From Sphingobium sp. (GTDB taxonomy: Bacteria; Pseudomonadota; Alphaproteobacteria; Sphingomonadales; Sphingomonadaceae), in NCBI GenBank assembly GCA_009360885.1, contig SPEL01000006.1, forward strand, positions 6,303-70,302: 64,000 bases of DNA. The letters are read 5' to 3'. The position numbers and the translations under genes were made by a program. Shown piece by piece: positions 9,814-21,468 of this stretch. The notes under the pieces are model-generated. The model was not told the origin of the DNA and did no database searches. It saw only the letters and a program-made list of their open reading frames with translations. Positions within the stretch are counted from its first letter, which is position 1. Each line of letters starts with the position of its first letter.

Positions 9814-11331
9814 ATGGCAATAACCGGGGGTTCTGATATCGCAGATGTGAAGGCAACTCTGGCCGCGGGGCGCTCCGCCCTGTTGTGGCGCAAACAGATT
9901 GCCGACACCGAAACGCCGATTTCTGCCGCACTCAAGCTGATGCAGGCAGGACGCGGCGACTTTCTGCTAGAATCGGTTGAGGGTGGCTCTGTCCGTGGCC
10001 GCTTCAGCCTGCTTGGGTTGGACCCTGATCTTGTTTTCCGCGCCAATGGACAGCAGGCGGAAATCAATCGACAGTGGCAGACAAACCGGGATGCGTTCAC
10101 GCCGCTGACAGACGATACTCTCACTGCCCTGCGCGCACTGGTGCAGCAATGCCGGGCGGATGTAGACCCTGCCCTGCCCCCGGCACTGGCCTGTCTGGTC
10201 GGTAATTTCGGCTATGAAACCATTGGCCTCGTCGAGAAATTGCCACGCCCTGCGCCCAACCCGATATCCATGCCGGATATGCTGTTCACCCGGCCCACGG
10301 TCATCCTGATTTTTGATCGGCTGGAGGATGCGCTTTATCTCGTCGCGCCCCTGTGGAAGGAAAAAACCACTGACAGTGACCGTGATATTGCCGATGCACA
10401 GGACCGGCTAGATGCTGTTTCGGCTCGCCTCGCTGGCCCCCTACCCATGCAACCTCACGATCAGGCTGGTGATGACATTGCCTTCACCCCGGTGCTGGAA
10501 CCGGGCCGCTATGCCGATATGGTGAACAAGGCCAAAGAATATATCATGGCTGGCGATATTTTTCAGGTCGTGCTGGCACAGCGGTTTACGGCTCCTTTTC
10601 CATTGCCGCCTATCGCACTCTATCGGGCGTTGCGACGGATCAATCCTTCGCCTTTCCTCTATTGCCTTGATATGCCAGGCTTTTCCCTCATCGGTTCCAG
10701 CCCGGAAATATTGGTGCGCGTGCGTGATGGCGAAGTTACCATCCGCCCGATTGCTGGCACCCGCCCGCGCGGCAAAACGGCCGCTGAAGACGCCGCCAAC
10801 CGTGATAGCTTGCTGGCAGACCCCAAGGAACGCGCCGAGCATCTGATGTTGCTGGACCTTGGCCGCAATGATGTAGGCCGCGTCGCCAGCGCCGGTTCCG
10901 TAACCGTGACAGATAGCTACACCACCGAATATTACAGCCATGTCATGCACATTGTTTCCAATGTCGTTGGCGCTCTGGACCCGAAAAAGGATGCGCTAGA
11001 CGCTCTGTTCGCAGGCTTCCCAGCGGGCACTGTTTCCGGCGCGCCAAAGGTTCGTGCCTGTGAGATTATTGCGGAGCTGGAACCGGAAACGCGGGGCGCT
11101 TATGCTGGCGGTGTCGGCTATTTCTCGCCTAATGGCGACATGGATAGCTGTATTGTCCTGCGCACTGCCGTCCTCAAGGATGGCATACTCCATGCTCAAG
11201 CGGGCGCGGGCATCGTTGCCGACAGCGACCCGGCCTATGAACAGCGTGAGTGTGAGGCAAAATCAGGCGCGCTGATGGCGGCGGCCAAGGAAGCCGTCAG
11301 ATTATCACGTGAAGGGCAATTCGGCCAGTGA
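9814..11331 (+). CDS. trpE: Anthranilate synthase component I
   Basis: FLLESVEGG, INPSPF, RPIAGTRPRG, EHLMLLDLGRND, PAGTVSGAPK. Confidence 0.97.
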   Translation: MAITGGSDIADVKATLAAGRSALLWRKQIADTETPISAALKLMQAGRGDFLLESVEGGSVRGRFSLLGLDPDLVFRANGQQAEINRQWQTNRDAFTPLTDDTLTALRALVQQCRADVDPALPPALACLVGNFGYETIGLVEKLPRPAPNPISMPDMLFTRPTVILIFDRLEDALYLVAPLWKEKTTDSDRDIADAQDRLDAVSARLAGPLPMQPHDQAGDDIAFTPVLEPGRYADMVNKAKEYIMAGDIFQVVLAQRFTAPFPLPPIALYRALRRINPSPFLYCLDMPGFSLIGSSPEILVRVRDGEVTIRPIAGTRPRGKTAAEDAANRDSLLADPKERAEHLMLLDLGRNDVGRVASAGSVTVTDSYTTEYYSHVMHIVSNVVGALDPKKDALDALFAGFPAGTVSGAPKVRACEIIAELEPETRGAYAGGVGYFSPNGDMDSCIVLRTAVLKDGILHAQAGAGIVADSDPAYEQRECEAKSGALMAAAKEAVRLSREGQFGQ

Positions 11332-11389
11332 AGGGCGGCTTCATCGCGATGCTCTGGATAATTAGCGACATTCTGATTAAGAGACCTGC

Positions 11390-11989
11390 ATGATCCTCGT
11401 TATCGACAATTATGACAGCTTCACATGGAACCTCGTCCATTATCTGATGGAATTGGGCGCTGAGGTAGAAGTGGTGCGCAATGATGCACTTTCGGCCACG
11501 CAGGCCATTGGAACCGGGGCAGAGGCTTTTCTGCTCTCCCCTGGCCCCTGCACCCCGAACGAGGCAGGAATCAGCCTCGATCTGGTAGGAGCCTGCGCGG
11601 ATAGCGGCAAACCATTGTTGGGCGTATGTCTGGGCCATCAGTCGATTGGCCAATATTTTGGTGGTAAGGTAGTGCGCGGCGGCCTGATGCACGGCAAGAC
11701 ATCGCCCGTCACCCATGATGGCACAGGCTTGTTCACCGGCCTGCCTTCGCCCTTTACCGCGACGCGCTATCATTCGCTGATCGTCGAAGACATTCCAGAC
11801 TGCCTGATCGTCAACGCCCAGAGCGACGATGATTCCGTCATGGGATTCCGCCACGCCAGCCTGCCGATCCACAGCGTTCAGTTCCACCCGGAAAGTATCG
11901 CAACAGAATATGGCCATGACATGCTGGCGAATTTCATGAAGCTCGCCGGAATGACACCAAAGCCACTGCCTGTGAAGGCTGCTCTATGA
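11390..11989 (+). CDS. trpG: Anthranilate synthase component II (glutamine amidotransferase)
   Basis: [25 protein letters not shown]. Confidence 0.96.
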   Translation: MILVIDNYDSFTWNLVHYLMELGAEVEVVRNDALSATQAIGTGAEAFLLSPGPCTPNEAGISLDLVGACADSGKPLLGVCLGHQSIGQYFGGKVVRGGLMHGKTSPVTHDGTGLFTGLPSPFTATRYHSLIVEDIPDCLIVNAQSDDDSVMGFRHASLPIHSVQFHPESIATEYGHDMLANFMKLAGMTPKPLPVKAAL

Positions 11990-12975
11990 CAGGCCTGCCG
12001 GACACCAGTGCCCCGTTAACGGCCGAGGATGCCGCTGCGGCCTTTACCGCGATATTGGATGGTGGCCCGTCTGACAGTCAGGTGCATGATTTCCTGCTGA
12101 ATCTCAGTGAACGCGGCGAAACCGCAACGGAAATTGCCGCCGCCGCCGCCGCCATGCGGCAGAGGATGATTACCATCACCGCCCCCGAAGGCGCAATTGA
12201 TGTATGTGGCACCGGCGGGGACGGGCTGCATACCCTCAACGTATCCACTGCCGTTGCGATAGTCGTTGCGGCTTGCGGCGTTCCTGTCGCCAAACATGGC
12301 AATCGCGCTGCATCCTCCAAGGCGGGGGGCGCGGATACGCTGGAAGCACTGGGCGTCCGGTTAGAGATTTCACCGGAAGAAGCTGAACGGCAGCTCGCTG
12401 ATCTGGGGATTTGCTTCCTCTTTGCCCAGCGCCATCACCCGGCTCTGGGCCGTCTTGCGCCCATTCGTAAGGCGATAGGGCGGCGCACCATCTTCAACCT
12501 AACCGGGCCACTCGCTAACCCCGCACAGGTAAAGCGCCAGATTGTCGGTATTGCACGCCCGGATTATGTGACCATCTGCGCTGAGGCCATGCAGAAGCTG
12601 GGTATGACCCACGCTATGCTGGTCGCGGGCGAAGATAATATGGATGAGCTTTCCCTCAGCACGCCCAATCATGTGGCTGAGCTGAAAGATGGGGCCATCA
12701 GCACTTACCGCCTCAATGCCACCGATGTTGGGCTCTCCAATCATCCGCATGAGGCGATACGCGGCGGCGATGCGGCCTATAACGCCGATGCTTTGCGCCG
12801 TCTGCTGCTTGGGGAAACCGGCGCTTATCGTGATGCTGTGCTGATGAATGCGGCAGGCGCGCTGATTGTTGCTGGCGAAGTAGATGGCTGGGCGGCTGGT
12901 ATCGAAGAAGCCGCAGAGGCGATTGATAAAGGGCTGGCCCATGCCCTCCTCCAATGCTGGACGGCGTGGAAATGA
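11986..12975 (+). CDS. trpD: Anthranilate phosphoribosyltransferase
   Basis: [22 protein letters not shown]. Confidence 0.97.
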   Translation: MTGLPDTSAPLTAEDAAAAFTAILDGGPSDSQVHDFLLNLSERGETATEIAAAAAAMRQRMITITAPEGAIDVCGTGGDGLHTLNVSTAVAIVVAACGVPVAKHGNRAASSKAGGADTLEALGVRLEISPEEAERQLADLGICFLFAQRHHPALGRLAPIRKAIGRRTIFNLTGPLANPAQVKRQIVGIARPDYVTICAEAMQKLGMTHAMLVAGEDNMDELSLSTPNHVAELKDGAISTYRLNATDVGLSNHPHEAIRGGDAAYNADALRRLLLGETGAYRDAVLMNAAGALIVAGEVDGWAAGIEEAAEAIDKGLAHALLQCWTAWK

Positions 12976-13763
12976 CGAATAAACTGATTGAAATCTGTAA
13001 TAGCAAATATGCCGAAGTCGCCACGCGTAAGGCCGACATCAGCATTGCAACCTTGCAGGAGCGCGCCGCCTCGCAAACCCCTCCGCGCGGTTTTCGCCGG
13101 GCGCTTGATAAAGCCGCGAAGGATGGCTTTGGCCTGATTGCAGAGATTAAGAAAGCTAGCCCCTCCAAGGGCCTCATCCGCGCGGATTTTGATCCGCCTG
13201 CCCATGCCGCCGCTTATCAGGCTGGCGGAGCGACCTGCCTTTCGGTATTGACCGACGCACCTTATTTCCAAGGGCATGAGGACTATCTGATTGCGGCCCG
13301 TTCCACCTGTAACTTGCCGATATTACGCAAGGATTTCATGGTAGACCCGTGGCAGGTGATGGAGGCGCGCTCCATCGGGGCGGATGCCATCCTCATCATC
13401 GTCGCCGCGCTTGATGATGGGCAGATGCAGGAAATCGAACAAACTGCACTCGACCTCGGCATGGATGTGCTGATCGAGGTGCATGATGCAGAGGAAATGG
13501 AGCGGGCGAGCCGCCTTAAATCACGCCTCATTGGTGTTAACAACCGGGATTTACGCGACTTTACCGTCGATTTTAAACGCACCTATGAACTGATTGGCAA
13601 CGCCCCCGAAGGCTGCACCTTTGTTGCAGAAAGCGGCCTGTCCTCTCATACCGACCTTGTTGACATGGCGCAGCATGATGTCCGCTGTTTCCTTGTGGGC
13701 GAAGCATTGATGCGGCAACAAAATCTGGAAATCGCAACACGGCAATTGTTAACCGGCGCTTGA
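12972..13763 (+). CDS. trpC: Indole-3-glycerol phosphate synthase
   Basis: [29 protein letters not shown]; ATGA overlap with trpD. Confidence 0.97.
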   Translation: MTNKLIEICNSKYAEVATRKADISIATLQERAASQTPPRGFRRALDKAAKDGFGLIAEIKKASPSKGLIRADFDPPAHAAAYQAGGATCLSVLTDAPYFQGHEDYLIAARSTCNLPILRKDFMVDPWQVMEARSIGADAILIIVAALDDGQMQEIEQTALDLGMDVLIEVHDAEEMERASRLKSRLIGVNNRDLRDFTVDFKRTYELIGNAPEGCTFVAESGLSSHTDLVDMAQHDVRCFLVGEALMRQQNLEIATRQLLTGA

Positions 13764-13766
13764 CTT

Positions 13767-13802
13767 GTTCCCGGTTAGTTCTTATACGTTCCCCATCCGT
13801 TC
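13767..13802 (+). promoter_or_regulatory. Two tandem alphaproteobacterial LexA (SOS) boxes
   Basis: GTTC-CCGGTTA-GTTC (13767-13781) and GTTC-CCCATCC-GTTC (13788-13802) directly upstream of lexA. Confidence 0.9.
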
Positions 13803-13820
13803 CACAGGATGAGGTAAGCA

Positions 13821-14552
13821 ATGCTGACGGCAAAGCAACAGGAACTGCTGGTTTTCATTGCCAGAAGGCTGGAAGAAGGCGGCGTGTCGCCATCCTTTGA
13901 TGAAATGAAGGATGCGCTGGATTTACGTTCAAAATCTGGCATTCATCGCCTTGTCAGCGCTCTCGAAGAGCGCGGCTTCATTCGTCGCTTGCCTAATCGC
14001 GCCCGCGCATTGGAAGTGTTGAAGTTGCCGGATGGGTTGACGGCGGCAGATCTCACGACAGAAGTAATAAATGCCCCGGCAGAAGTTACACTCCGCACAT
14101 CTGCACCATCGGCACATCTTCCTGCTGCCCCCAACACCGTCAGTAAGGCATTGCCTGTTGCCGCCAATGACGTGATTGAAATTCCGCTGCATGGACGAAT
14201 TGCTGCTGGTATTCCTGTCGAAGCATTGGAAGGGCAAGCGATGCTCTCTGTGCCAGCCGCCCTGTTGGGGTCGGGCGATCATTATGCTTTGGAGGTATCC
14301 GGAGATTCCATGGTCGACGCAGGCATATTGGATGGCGATTATGCCCTCATCCAGCGCACTGATGTAGCGCGGGAGGGCCAGATTATCGTTGCTCTTATTG
14401 ATGATAATGAAGCGACGCTAAAATATTTCCGTCGTGAAAATGGTCGCGTTCGCCTTGACCCGGCCAATCCTGCTTATGAACCGCAGGTCTATAACCCTGA
14501 GCAAGTTCGTATTCAGGGTAAATTAGCAGGCCTGCTGCGGCGCTATCATTAG
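13821..14552 (+). CDS. lexA: SOS repressor LexA
   Basis: [22 protein letters not shown] cleavage site, GDSM, ATLK. Confidence 0.98.
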   Translation: MLTAKQQELLVFIARRLEEGGVSPSFDEMKDALDLRSKSGIHRLVSALEERGFIRRLPNRARALEVLKLPDGLTAADLTTEVINAPAEVTLRTSAPSAHLPAAPNTVSKALPVAANDVIEIPLHGRIAAGIPVEALEGQAMLSVPAALLGSGDHYALEVSGDSMVDAGILDGDYALIQRTDVAREGQIIVALIDDNEATLKYFRRENGRVRLDPANPAYEPQVYNPEQVRIQGKLAGLLRRYH

Positions 14553-14573
14553 GCCATCATCACAATAGCTTCA

Positions 14574-14607
14574 AAGGGCCGTAACATTCCGGCCCTTCGT
14601 TGTTTTT
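14574..14607 (+). terminator. Terminator after lexA
   Basis: AAGGGCCG..CGGCCCTT followed by a T-rich tract. Confidence 0.6.
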
Positions 14608-14675
14608 GGGCCTACGCAATTCCATGTATATCTGTTCTATGCATAGCTGCGATTGTTCGCTGCTCTCATAGATAT

Positions 14676-16727
14676 TCAGTGACTGATCCACGGATGCTCA
14701 TCTCCGGCCTTACGCACGGTTTGCATCCGTTGATTACCCAAATATAGCCCTACACCGCCGGTGTTACTTAACGCTGCTTTATCGAGCTTCATCCATCTGG
14801 GCTTACATGCCATGGGTAAAGACCTGCCGCTCACCACGATGTCCACCCGACGACAGGCATCCACCAGCGATTGCCAGTTCACCCACATATCGTTGCGGGC
14901 GGCCATTATCGTCCACTGGCGAGAGTGCTGCTTTCCATTCCATCGCCCTTCTCCCTGAGGTACAGGAACGGACACCACACAAAATTCCGCGCTGCACCGC
15001 GCGCCCGGCACATCCGCCAGAGCAATCATTCTCTCATCAAGGTTCAGTTCGTCAGCTTCACCAATCGCTCCCCCCATCATCGAATGTACATAATCCCCAG
15101 CACCGGAGCGTAATAACGCAATCCTTCCATCCCCTTGCCGCACAGTCATATGCCGCCCATCACCACTCACCACCACATCTGGCACAGGTGTCAGCATCAT
15201 CGCCCCAATTGCCGCGCCCACCACTATAGCTCCCCAGAACCGCGCCGGACTTTGCCATATTATCAGCCACAGCATTCCCAACACCGCAATCACGAAGTGA
15301 GCAGCCGAGGTCACAGGCAAAGCCCACATCGCCCATGGGTGTTCTGCCACCCCATGCGCCACCCACAGCATCAGCCCCATTGCCTTGCCGGTAATCCACC
15401 AAAAAGGCGCACCCAGCCCAACGATGTCGGCCAACAATGCCAGCGCCTCGGCGGGCATAATCACAAAGGTGGTCAAGGGAATGACGATTAAATTGGCGAA
15501 GGCCCCCAACAACCCGGCCTGATGGAAATGATGCAACGCGATAGGCATTAAAGCGAACTCAATCGCAACCCCTGTCACGAACAGAGACACACCCACGCGG
15601 CCCGCCTTTTTCAACCATATTTCATCTCGTGCCAAAGTTAACCGGCGGAACCACGCACTTTCCATCAGGGCCACGATGACCGTAACCGCCATGAAGCTCA
15701 TTTGAAAACTCGGTCCGACCAGCGCATCAGGCCAGAAAATCAGTACAATCAGACATCCGGCCGCCACCAACCGCAAACTAATAGCCTCCCTCCCAAGCGC
15801 CAGCCCACCCAGCACCAGCAAGGCGGCCAGACAAGATCGAATGGTCGGCACCTCGGCGCCCGTCAAAAAGGTATAAGCTGTCCCCGCAATCGCCCCCATC
15901 AGCGCTGCAATCAACATGAGAGGCCATTGCAAAGCCAATCGACGGTTCAGCGCCAGCAAACGATAGGTCAGGAAAATTACCGCACCAATGAGCGCCGACA
16001 CATGAAGCCCGCTGATCGACAGTAAATGCGCAAGGCCACTGCGACGCATAGCCTGCGCATCCTCCATCGTGATCGCCCCCCTGTCCCCCGTCGCCAAAGT
16101 TGCCGCAATGGCACCTTCGCTACCGGGCAACTGACGGCGAATATGGTCGCTCAACCGCTGCCTTACCCCGCCGCTCTTGCTCTCAGCAGGCCGGATCACT
16201 TCTATCGGTGCCAGCGCCCTGCCTGTCGCCCCGATACCCATGAAATAAGCACGGCTCGCAAAATCATAAGCGCCCGGCACTGCAGGCGGCGCAGGCGGCA
16301 TCAGACGAACACGAAAGGAAAGAACAGCCCCCTGTTGCATCGTTTCCTTCCAGTCCCGCTGGACAATGGTCACGCGAATATGGCGCGGCAAATCCAGCCT
16401 TCCCGCCCCCGGCGCGATGATGAGGCGCATCTGTTTCAGCGCAGGCTGCGCCTCTACCGACACGACCTCCCCCCGGATTTCGGTAAAAACCGGGTGAGCG
16501 AGCGGCGCTTCACCCCGAAGTAGCGCCTTCCCCCATATCAACACGCACCCGGTTGCCGCCAGCAGGGCCGCCACAATCACCCCATGACGCAAACGACCTT
16601 CTCCCGGCAAAAGAAGGCCAAACAGAGCCAGCAAAGCACATCCGCTTATCCATCCCACCCATAGCAACGGACCGGACAAGACAAACCATGCGCCGATGCC
16701 GAGCGACAGCATGACCGGCAACCACAA
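14676..16727 (-). CDS. comEC: ComEC/Rec2 DNA uptake channel (start uncertain)
   Basis: PGAYDF, RRSGLAHLLSISGLHV, SFQMSF, ANLIVIP; many TM segments. Confidence 0.9.
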   Translation of the reverse strand: MWLPVMLSLGIGAWFVLSGPLLWVGWISGCALLALFGLLLPGEGRLRHGVIVAALLAATGCVLIWGKALLRGEAPLAHPVFTEIRGEVVSVEAQPALKQMRLIIAPGAGRLDLPRHIRVTIVQRDWKETMQQGAVLSFRVRLMPPAPPAVPGAYDFASRAYFMGIGATGRALAPIEVIRPAESKSGGVRQRLSDHIRRQLPGSEGAIAATLATGDRGAITMEDAQAMRRSGLAHLLSISGLHVSALIGAVIFLTYRLLALNRRLALQWPLMLIAALMGAIAGTAYTFLTGAEVPTIRSCLAALLVLGGLALGREAISLRLVAAGCLIVLIFWPDALVGPSFQMSFMAVTVIVALMESAWFRRLTLARDEIWLKKAGRVGVSLFVTGVAIEFALMPIALHHFHQAGLLGAFANLIVIPLTTFVIMPAEALALLADIVGLGAPFWWITGKAMGLMLWVAHGVAEHPWAMWALPVTSAAHFVIAVLGMLWLIIWQSPARFWGAIVVGAAIGAMMLTPVPDVVVSGDGRHMTVRQGDGRIALLRSGAGDYVHSMMGGAIGEADELNLDERMIALADVPGARCSAEFCVVSVPVPQGEGRWNGKQHSRQWTIMAARNDMWVNWQSLVDACRRVDIVVSGRSLPMACKPRWMKLDKAALSNTGGVGLYLGNQRMQTVRKAGDEHPWISH

Positions 16728-16914
16728 GGGCAGCCTGTCCCGTTCTTTTTCCAGCCATATTTCAATGGGATTCAGATAGTCCTCCTCATGCTTTTTCGAT
16801 GCAACGCAACATATATTTGTGATAGAGAAAAAGCCATGCTAGGGGGCAAGCAGCATCATTTCCAATGGGTTCGTGCATTTGCGAACCATTATAAACTGAC
16901 TGGAGATATTCAGG

Positions 16915-18354
16915 GTGAGCGGTAGCGGTGAAAAAAAAGCAGTCGTAACGCGTTTTGCTCCTTCACCGACCGGATTCCTGCATATTGGCGGCGCTCGTAC
17001 CGCCTTGTTCAACTGGTTGTTCGCCCAACATCATGGTGGCCGTTATCTGCTGCGCATTGAAGATACTGACCGCGTCCGTTCGACTCAGCCCGCTATCGAC
17101 GCCATATTGGATGGCCTTGGCTGGCTTGGCCTCACGAGCGACGAAGAACCAGTCTACCAGTTCGCACGCGCAGAGCGCCATGCTGAGGTCGCCCGCGAAA
17201 TGCTGGCCAATGGCCATGCCTATAAATGCTTTGCTACACCCGAAGAGCTGGCTGAATTACGCGAAGCCCAACGCGCGGCAAAACAGCCCATGCGCTATGA
17301 TGGCCGCTGGCGCGATCGCGACCCTGCCGAGGCCCCGGAAGGTGCGCCTTATGTGATTCGCCTGAAGGCAGAGCGCGAAGGCGAGACGGTGATTGAAGAC
17401 TCTGTTCAGGGCCGGGTTGTCGTACGCAATGCCGAGCTGGATGATATGATCCTGCTGCGTTCTGACGGCACCCCAACTTACATGCTGGCGGTTGTGGTGG
17501 ACGATCATGATATGGGCGTCACCCATGTTATCCGCGGGGACGATCATCTTAATAACGCCTTCCGGCAGCTCGGCATCTATCGTTCAATGGGCTGGGAAGA
17601 ACCGGTTTATGCCCATATCCCGCTCATCCACGGGGCTGATGGCGCTAAACTCTCCAAGCGTCATGGCGCGCTGGGCGTGGACGCTTATCGCGATGAAATG
17701 GGCATGCTGCCTGAGGCTATCATCAACTATCTTCTGCGTCTGGGCTGGGGCCATGGCGATGAAGAAATCATCACCCGGGACCGCGCGATTGAGCTGTTTG
17801 ATCTGGCAGGTGTTGGCCGCTCCCCGGCCCGCTTTGACCTTAAAAAGCTGGAAAATCTGAACGGCCATTATATTCGTGAGGCGGACGATGCGCGCCTTGC
17901 AAGGCTTGTCATCCCGCATATCGTCACCCTGATTGGTCGTGACCTTAGCGATGCGGAAAAGGCCGTTTTAACAGAGGCCATGCCCGCACTCAAACCGCGG
18001 GCAAAGACGCTTAATGAAATCGCCGATGGCGCTCTTTTTCTTGTTGCTCAGCGGCCTCTGGCTTATGACGATAAGGCACGGGCACTACTGGACGACGCAG
18101 GCATCACGTTGATCGCCGCCTGCATAGAGGCACTGGACGGCCTCGAAACATGGTCAACATCGACCATTGAAGAAAAAATCCGGGGGGTTGCGGAAACTGC
18201 CGGTCTGGGGTTAGGAAAAGTAGCACAGCCGCTGCGCGCCGCCCTGACCGGGCGCACCACCTCCCCCGGAATATTCGATGTTCTTGTTCTGCTCGGCAAG
18301 GGCGAGACTATGGCCAGACTTTCGGATGCCGCTGCATCTGATGTCGGGCAGTAA
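16915..18354 (+). CDS. gltX: Glutamate--tRNA ligase
   Basis: [26 protein letters not shown]. Confidence 0.98.
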   Translation: MSGSGEKKAVVTRFAPSPTGFLHIGGARTALFNWLFAQHHGGRYLLRIEDTDRVRSTQPAIDAILDGLGWLGLTSDEEPVYQFARAERHAEVAREMLANGHAYKCFATPEELAELREAQRAAKQPMRYDGRWRDRDPAEAPEGAPYVIRLKAEREGETVIEDSVQGRVVVRNAELDDMILLRSDGTPTYMLAVVVDDHDMGVTHVIRGDDHLNNAFRQLGIYRSMGWEEPVYAHIPLIHGADGAKLSKRHGALGVDAYRDEMGMLPEAIINYLLRLGWGHGDEEIITRDRAIELFDLAGVGRSPARFDLKKLENLNGHYIREADDARLARLVIPHIVTLIGRDLSDAEKAVLTEAMPALKPRAKTLNEIADGALFLVAQRPLAYDDKARALLDDAGITLIAACIEALDGLETWSTSTIEEKIRGVAETAGLGLGKVAQPLRAALTGRTTSPGIFDVLVLLGKGETMARLSDAAASDVGQ

Positions 18355-18371
18355 ACTTAAGGGAGTATATT

Positions 18372-19658
18372 ATGGCGGATAGTTCAGCCAAGCTTGAAAT
18401 CGGGGGTAACACCCATGATTATGCGGTAAAGGACGGCTCTGTCGGACCTCAGGTCATCGACATTCGCAAACTTTATGCCGATACCGGCGCCTTCACATAT
18501 GATCCCGGCTTTACCTCTACCGCGAGCTGCGAATCCGGCATCACTTATATTGATGGCGACAAGGGCGTTTTGTTGCATCGCGGTTATCCGATTGACCAGC
18601 TTGCAGAACAGTCCAGCTTCATGGAAGTCGCCTATTTGCTGCTGCGCGGTGAACTCCCCGGCAAAGACGAACTGGCGGAATTCAAAACCACAATCACTCG
18701 CCACACCATGGTGCATGAACAGCTGACCACCTTCTTCCGCGGTTTCCGCCGCGATGCACACCCGATGGCCATTCTCGTTGGTGTTGTGGGTGCCTTGTCA
18801 GCTTTCTATCATGACTCCACCGATATCAGCTCGCCAGAACAGCGCCGCATCGCCAGCCACCGCCTGATCGCCAAAATTCCGACGATTGCGGCAATGGCGT
18901 ATAAATATTCCGTAGGTCAGCCTTTTGTCTATCCTGACAACAACCTGTCTTATGCTGGCAATTTCCTGAAGATGACCTTCGCCGTCCCGGCAGAGGAATA
19001 TGTTGTTGATCCCGTCATCGAAGACGCGATGGACAAGATTTTCATCCTGCATGCTGACCATGAACAGAATGCATCCACCTCCACAGTGCGTCTCGCCGGT
19101 TCTTCGGGCGCAAACCCATTTGCCTGCGTTGCTGCCGGCATTGCCTGCCTGTGGGGCCCGGCCCATGGCGGCGCAAACGAAGCGTGCCTTAACATGCTGC
19201 GCGAAATCGGCACGGTTGACCGTATCCCCGAATTTATCGCCCGTGCGAAGAATAAGGACGATCCATTCCGTCTGATGGGCTTTGGCCACCGCGTCTATAA
19301 AAATTACGATCCGCGCGCGACTGTAATGCAGAAGGTCGCCAAGGACGTTCTGGAGAAAATGGGCGTCAGTGACCCGATTTTCGATGTGGCTAAGGAACTG
19401 GAGCATATCGCTCTTAACGATCCTTATTTCGTCGAAAAGAAGCTCTATCCGAATGTGGACTTCTATTCCGGCATCATCCTGTCGGCCATTGGTTTCCCGA
19501 CCACGATGTTCACCGTCCTCTTCGCCCTCGCCCGCACCGTTGGCTGGGTTGCACAGTGGAACGAGATGATAACCGATCCGGCCCAGAAGATTGGTCGCCC
19601 GCGTCAGCTCTATACCGGCCCGACGCAGCGCGATTACACCCCGGTTGAAAAGCGCTGA
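18372..19658 (+). CDS. gltA: Citrate synthase
   Basis: [43 protein letters not shown]. Confidence 0.99.
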   Translation: MADSSAKLEIGGNTHDYAVKDGSVGPQVIDIRKLYADTGAFTYDPGFTSTASCESGITYIDGDKGVLLHRGYPIDQLAEQSSFMEVAYLLLRGELPGKDELAEFKTTITRHTMVHEQLTTFFRGFRRDAHPMAILVGVVGALSAFYHDSTDISSPEQRRIASHRLIAKIPTIAAMAYKYSVGQPFVYPDNNLSYAGNFLKMTFAVPAEEYVVDPVIEDAMDKIFILHADHEQNASTSTVRLAGSSGANPFACVAAGIACLWGPAHGGANEACLNMLREIGTVDRIPEFIARAKNKDDPFRLMGFGHRVYKNYDPRATVMQKVAKDVLEKMGVSDPIFDVAKELEHIALNDPYFVEKKLYPNVDFYSGIILSAIGFPTTMFTVLFALARTVGWVAQWNEMITDPAQKIGRPRQLYTGPTQRDYTPVEKR

Positions 19659-19679
19659 TTTTTTTAATCAGTACATATA

Positions 19680-19715
19680 AAAAGGAGGCGGGCCAGATGG
19701 TCCGCCTTTCCTTTA
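19680..19715. terminator. Bidirectional terminator between gltA and the kinase-like gene
   Basis: AAAGGAGGCGGGCC..GGTCCGCCTTTCCTTT. Confidence 0.7.
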
Positions 19716-19734
19716 TGTGCGGATGTTTGCTGGC

Positions 19735-21096
19735 TTATTCGACGGGTAGCCACAAGGTAAAACGAGCACCCTGCCCCGGCAGGCTATCTATCTCAATGTC
19801 GCCCTTCATCGCCCGCGCAAGGCGACGAGATATATAGAGGCCAAGACCGCTACCTACGACATCACTGCGGCCCAGACGTTCAAATTTCTCGAACACCCGT
19901 TCCTGATCCTCCGGCGCGATGCCTGGACCTTCATCTGCAACGACAATCTGGGCGCTATTTTCGGTGCGGGCGACATGAATAGTGATAGTGGAATGCTCAG
20001 GCGAATAGCGAATGGCATTATTGAGCAGATTAACGATGATCTGCAACGCCCGGCGGAATTCCCCAATAGCCGGGGCCGTGGCATCACCATCCGGCAACTC
20101 AATATGAATATGCCGGTCAGCCGCCTTCATACCCAGCAATCCAGCGGCCCGACGCCCCAGATCAGCAAGATCAATATCTTCGCGCGCTACATCAAAACCG
20201 GCACGGTCAATCGCCTGTAAATCAGCCAGATCATCGACCAGTTCCAGCAAATGCCGCCCTGCATGGGCGATATCTGATGCATAATCGGCATAATCACTCC
20301 GCAGCGGCCCTGCCCCCTGCACTTTCATCGTTTCGGCATTGGCAATGATGCGCGCCAATGGCTGACGCAGTGCGATATCGAGCCGTTTGCCAAAATCCGG
20401 CAAACCAGCAGAGAGATCATCACCGACGGCTTCTTCACCCTGATCGGCAGATAGAACTGCTTTCTCATTCTGCAGCAAACACACCCCATGATAACCGATC
20501 AGCGAACCGTCAATATCATAGAGCGGATAACCGGACAGGCAGGCCCCCTGCCCCGTAGCGGTCATATAGAGCGAGACCCCGAAAAAAGGCTGCTCATCAC
20601 TTACTGCCTTGCGCAGCTCATCATAATCACCCCGACCAGCAACGAAGCTATCAAAGAAAATTTCATCCGCCGGCGCAAAGCCCCCATCCATAGCATCGCT
20701 AAGCCAGCGCATATCGGCGTTCGTCCGCCACTGCTGCCCGCCTGTCGACAATGCAACCTGCGCCATACGCAGCGCGGTAAAGCCGGTGTCATCCTCATGG
20801 GGGGCTTGCTGCCACTCGGAAAAATCCAGTGCGACACCATCCTCTACCGGATATGCCCTCACCCACAGGCGAATATCATAATCGCGCCCGCCTATCAGCA
20901 AAGGACGAGTGACAGCTATTTTCAATCGTCGGGTCAGGCGCGCTACCGCCGCCACGCGGGGAATGGCAATGCGGCCATCATCTTCCCCGCCCGCTGCGCG
21001 CTGCAAACGCAAAATGAGATCATCTGCGGTGATGATCTTATCCCATCTATCCAGACGAGCGCTGATAATTGCTGCCTGCCCTGCTTCAGCCGCCAT
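19735..21096 (-). CDS. PleC/DivJ-like histidine kinase homolog lacking the phospho-acceptor His
   Basis: H-box reads FGKRLDIALRQPL; N (NLLNNAIRYS), G1 (DEGPGI), F and G2 (GSGLGL) boxes intact. Confidence 0.85.
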   Translation of the reverse strand: MAAEAGQAAIISARLDRWDKIITADDLILRLQRAAGGEDDGRIAIPRVAAVARLTRRLKIAVTRPLLIGGRDYDIRLWVRAYPVEDGVALDFSEWQQAPHEDDTGFTALRMAQVALSTGGQQWRTNADMRWLSDAMDGGFAPADEIFFDSFVAGRGDYDELRKAVSDEQPFFGVSLYMTATGQGACLSGYPLYDIDGSLIGYHGVCLLQNEKAVLSADQGEEAVGDDLSAGLPDFGKRLDIALRQPLARIIANAETMKVQGAGPLRSDYADYASDIAHAGRHLLELVDDLADLQAIDRAGFDVAREDIDLADLGRRAAGLLGMKAADRHIHIELPDGDATAPAIGEFRRALQIIVNLLNNAIRYSPEHSTITIHVARTENSAQIVVADEGPGIAPEDQERVFEKFERLGRSDVVGSGLGLYISRRLARAMKGDIEIDSLPGQGARFTLWLPVE

Positions 21097-21468
21097 ATTT
21101 GCCCCACCTTAGCAAAGCCAGAAGACGGACCGCACAATTCCCGCGCCATACACCTACACCCCCAGCGCATATGGAGACTTCAGAAGAGGTATGACAATCA
21201 ATCAGCAATTTTCTCTCGAATCCATGCGCCAGAATTCGGTAATCTACCATGAAGCATGTGATGACTTCACGCATGAAATAGACATAGCGCAACATCGGCA
21301 AGGCAGGCCGAAAAGCCCGCTGTTCCGCGCATTCCACAGAAGGCGAAAAATCGGTATATCGCAGCAAAGGCCGGTTACGACCATCACACAGGCTGAGCGA
21401 AATAGCGCACATAGCCCATCTTATAAGGGATCAGGGTAAATGAAACATAAACCAGCGCATTACCAATA

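Noticed and set aside
8748-10124. 458-aa antisense ORF and similar long shadow ORFs (4734-5642, 26279-27313, 37144-38058, 47027-47857)
   Set aside because: They lie opposite or within well-supported genes, lack motifs, and are expected in GC-rich DNA
21086-21439. Short ORFs between the kinase-like and transferase-like genes
   Set aside because: No RBS or recognisable motif; more likely a promoter region
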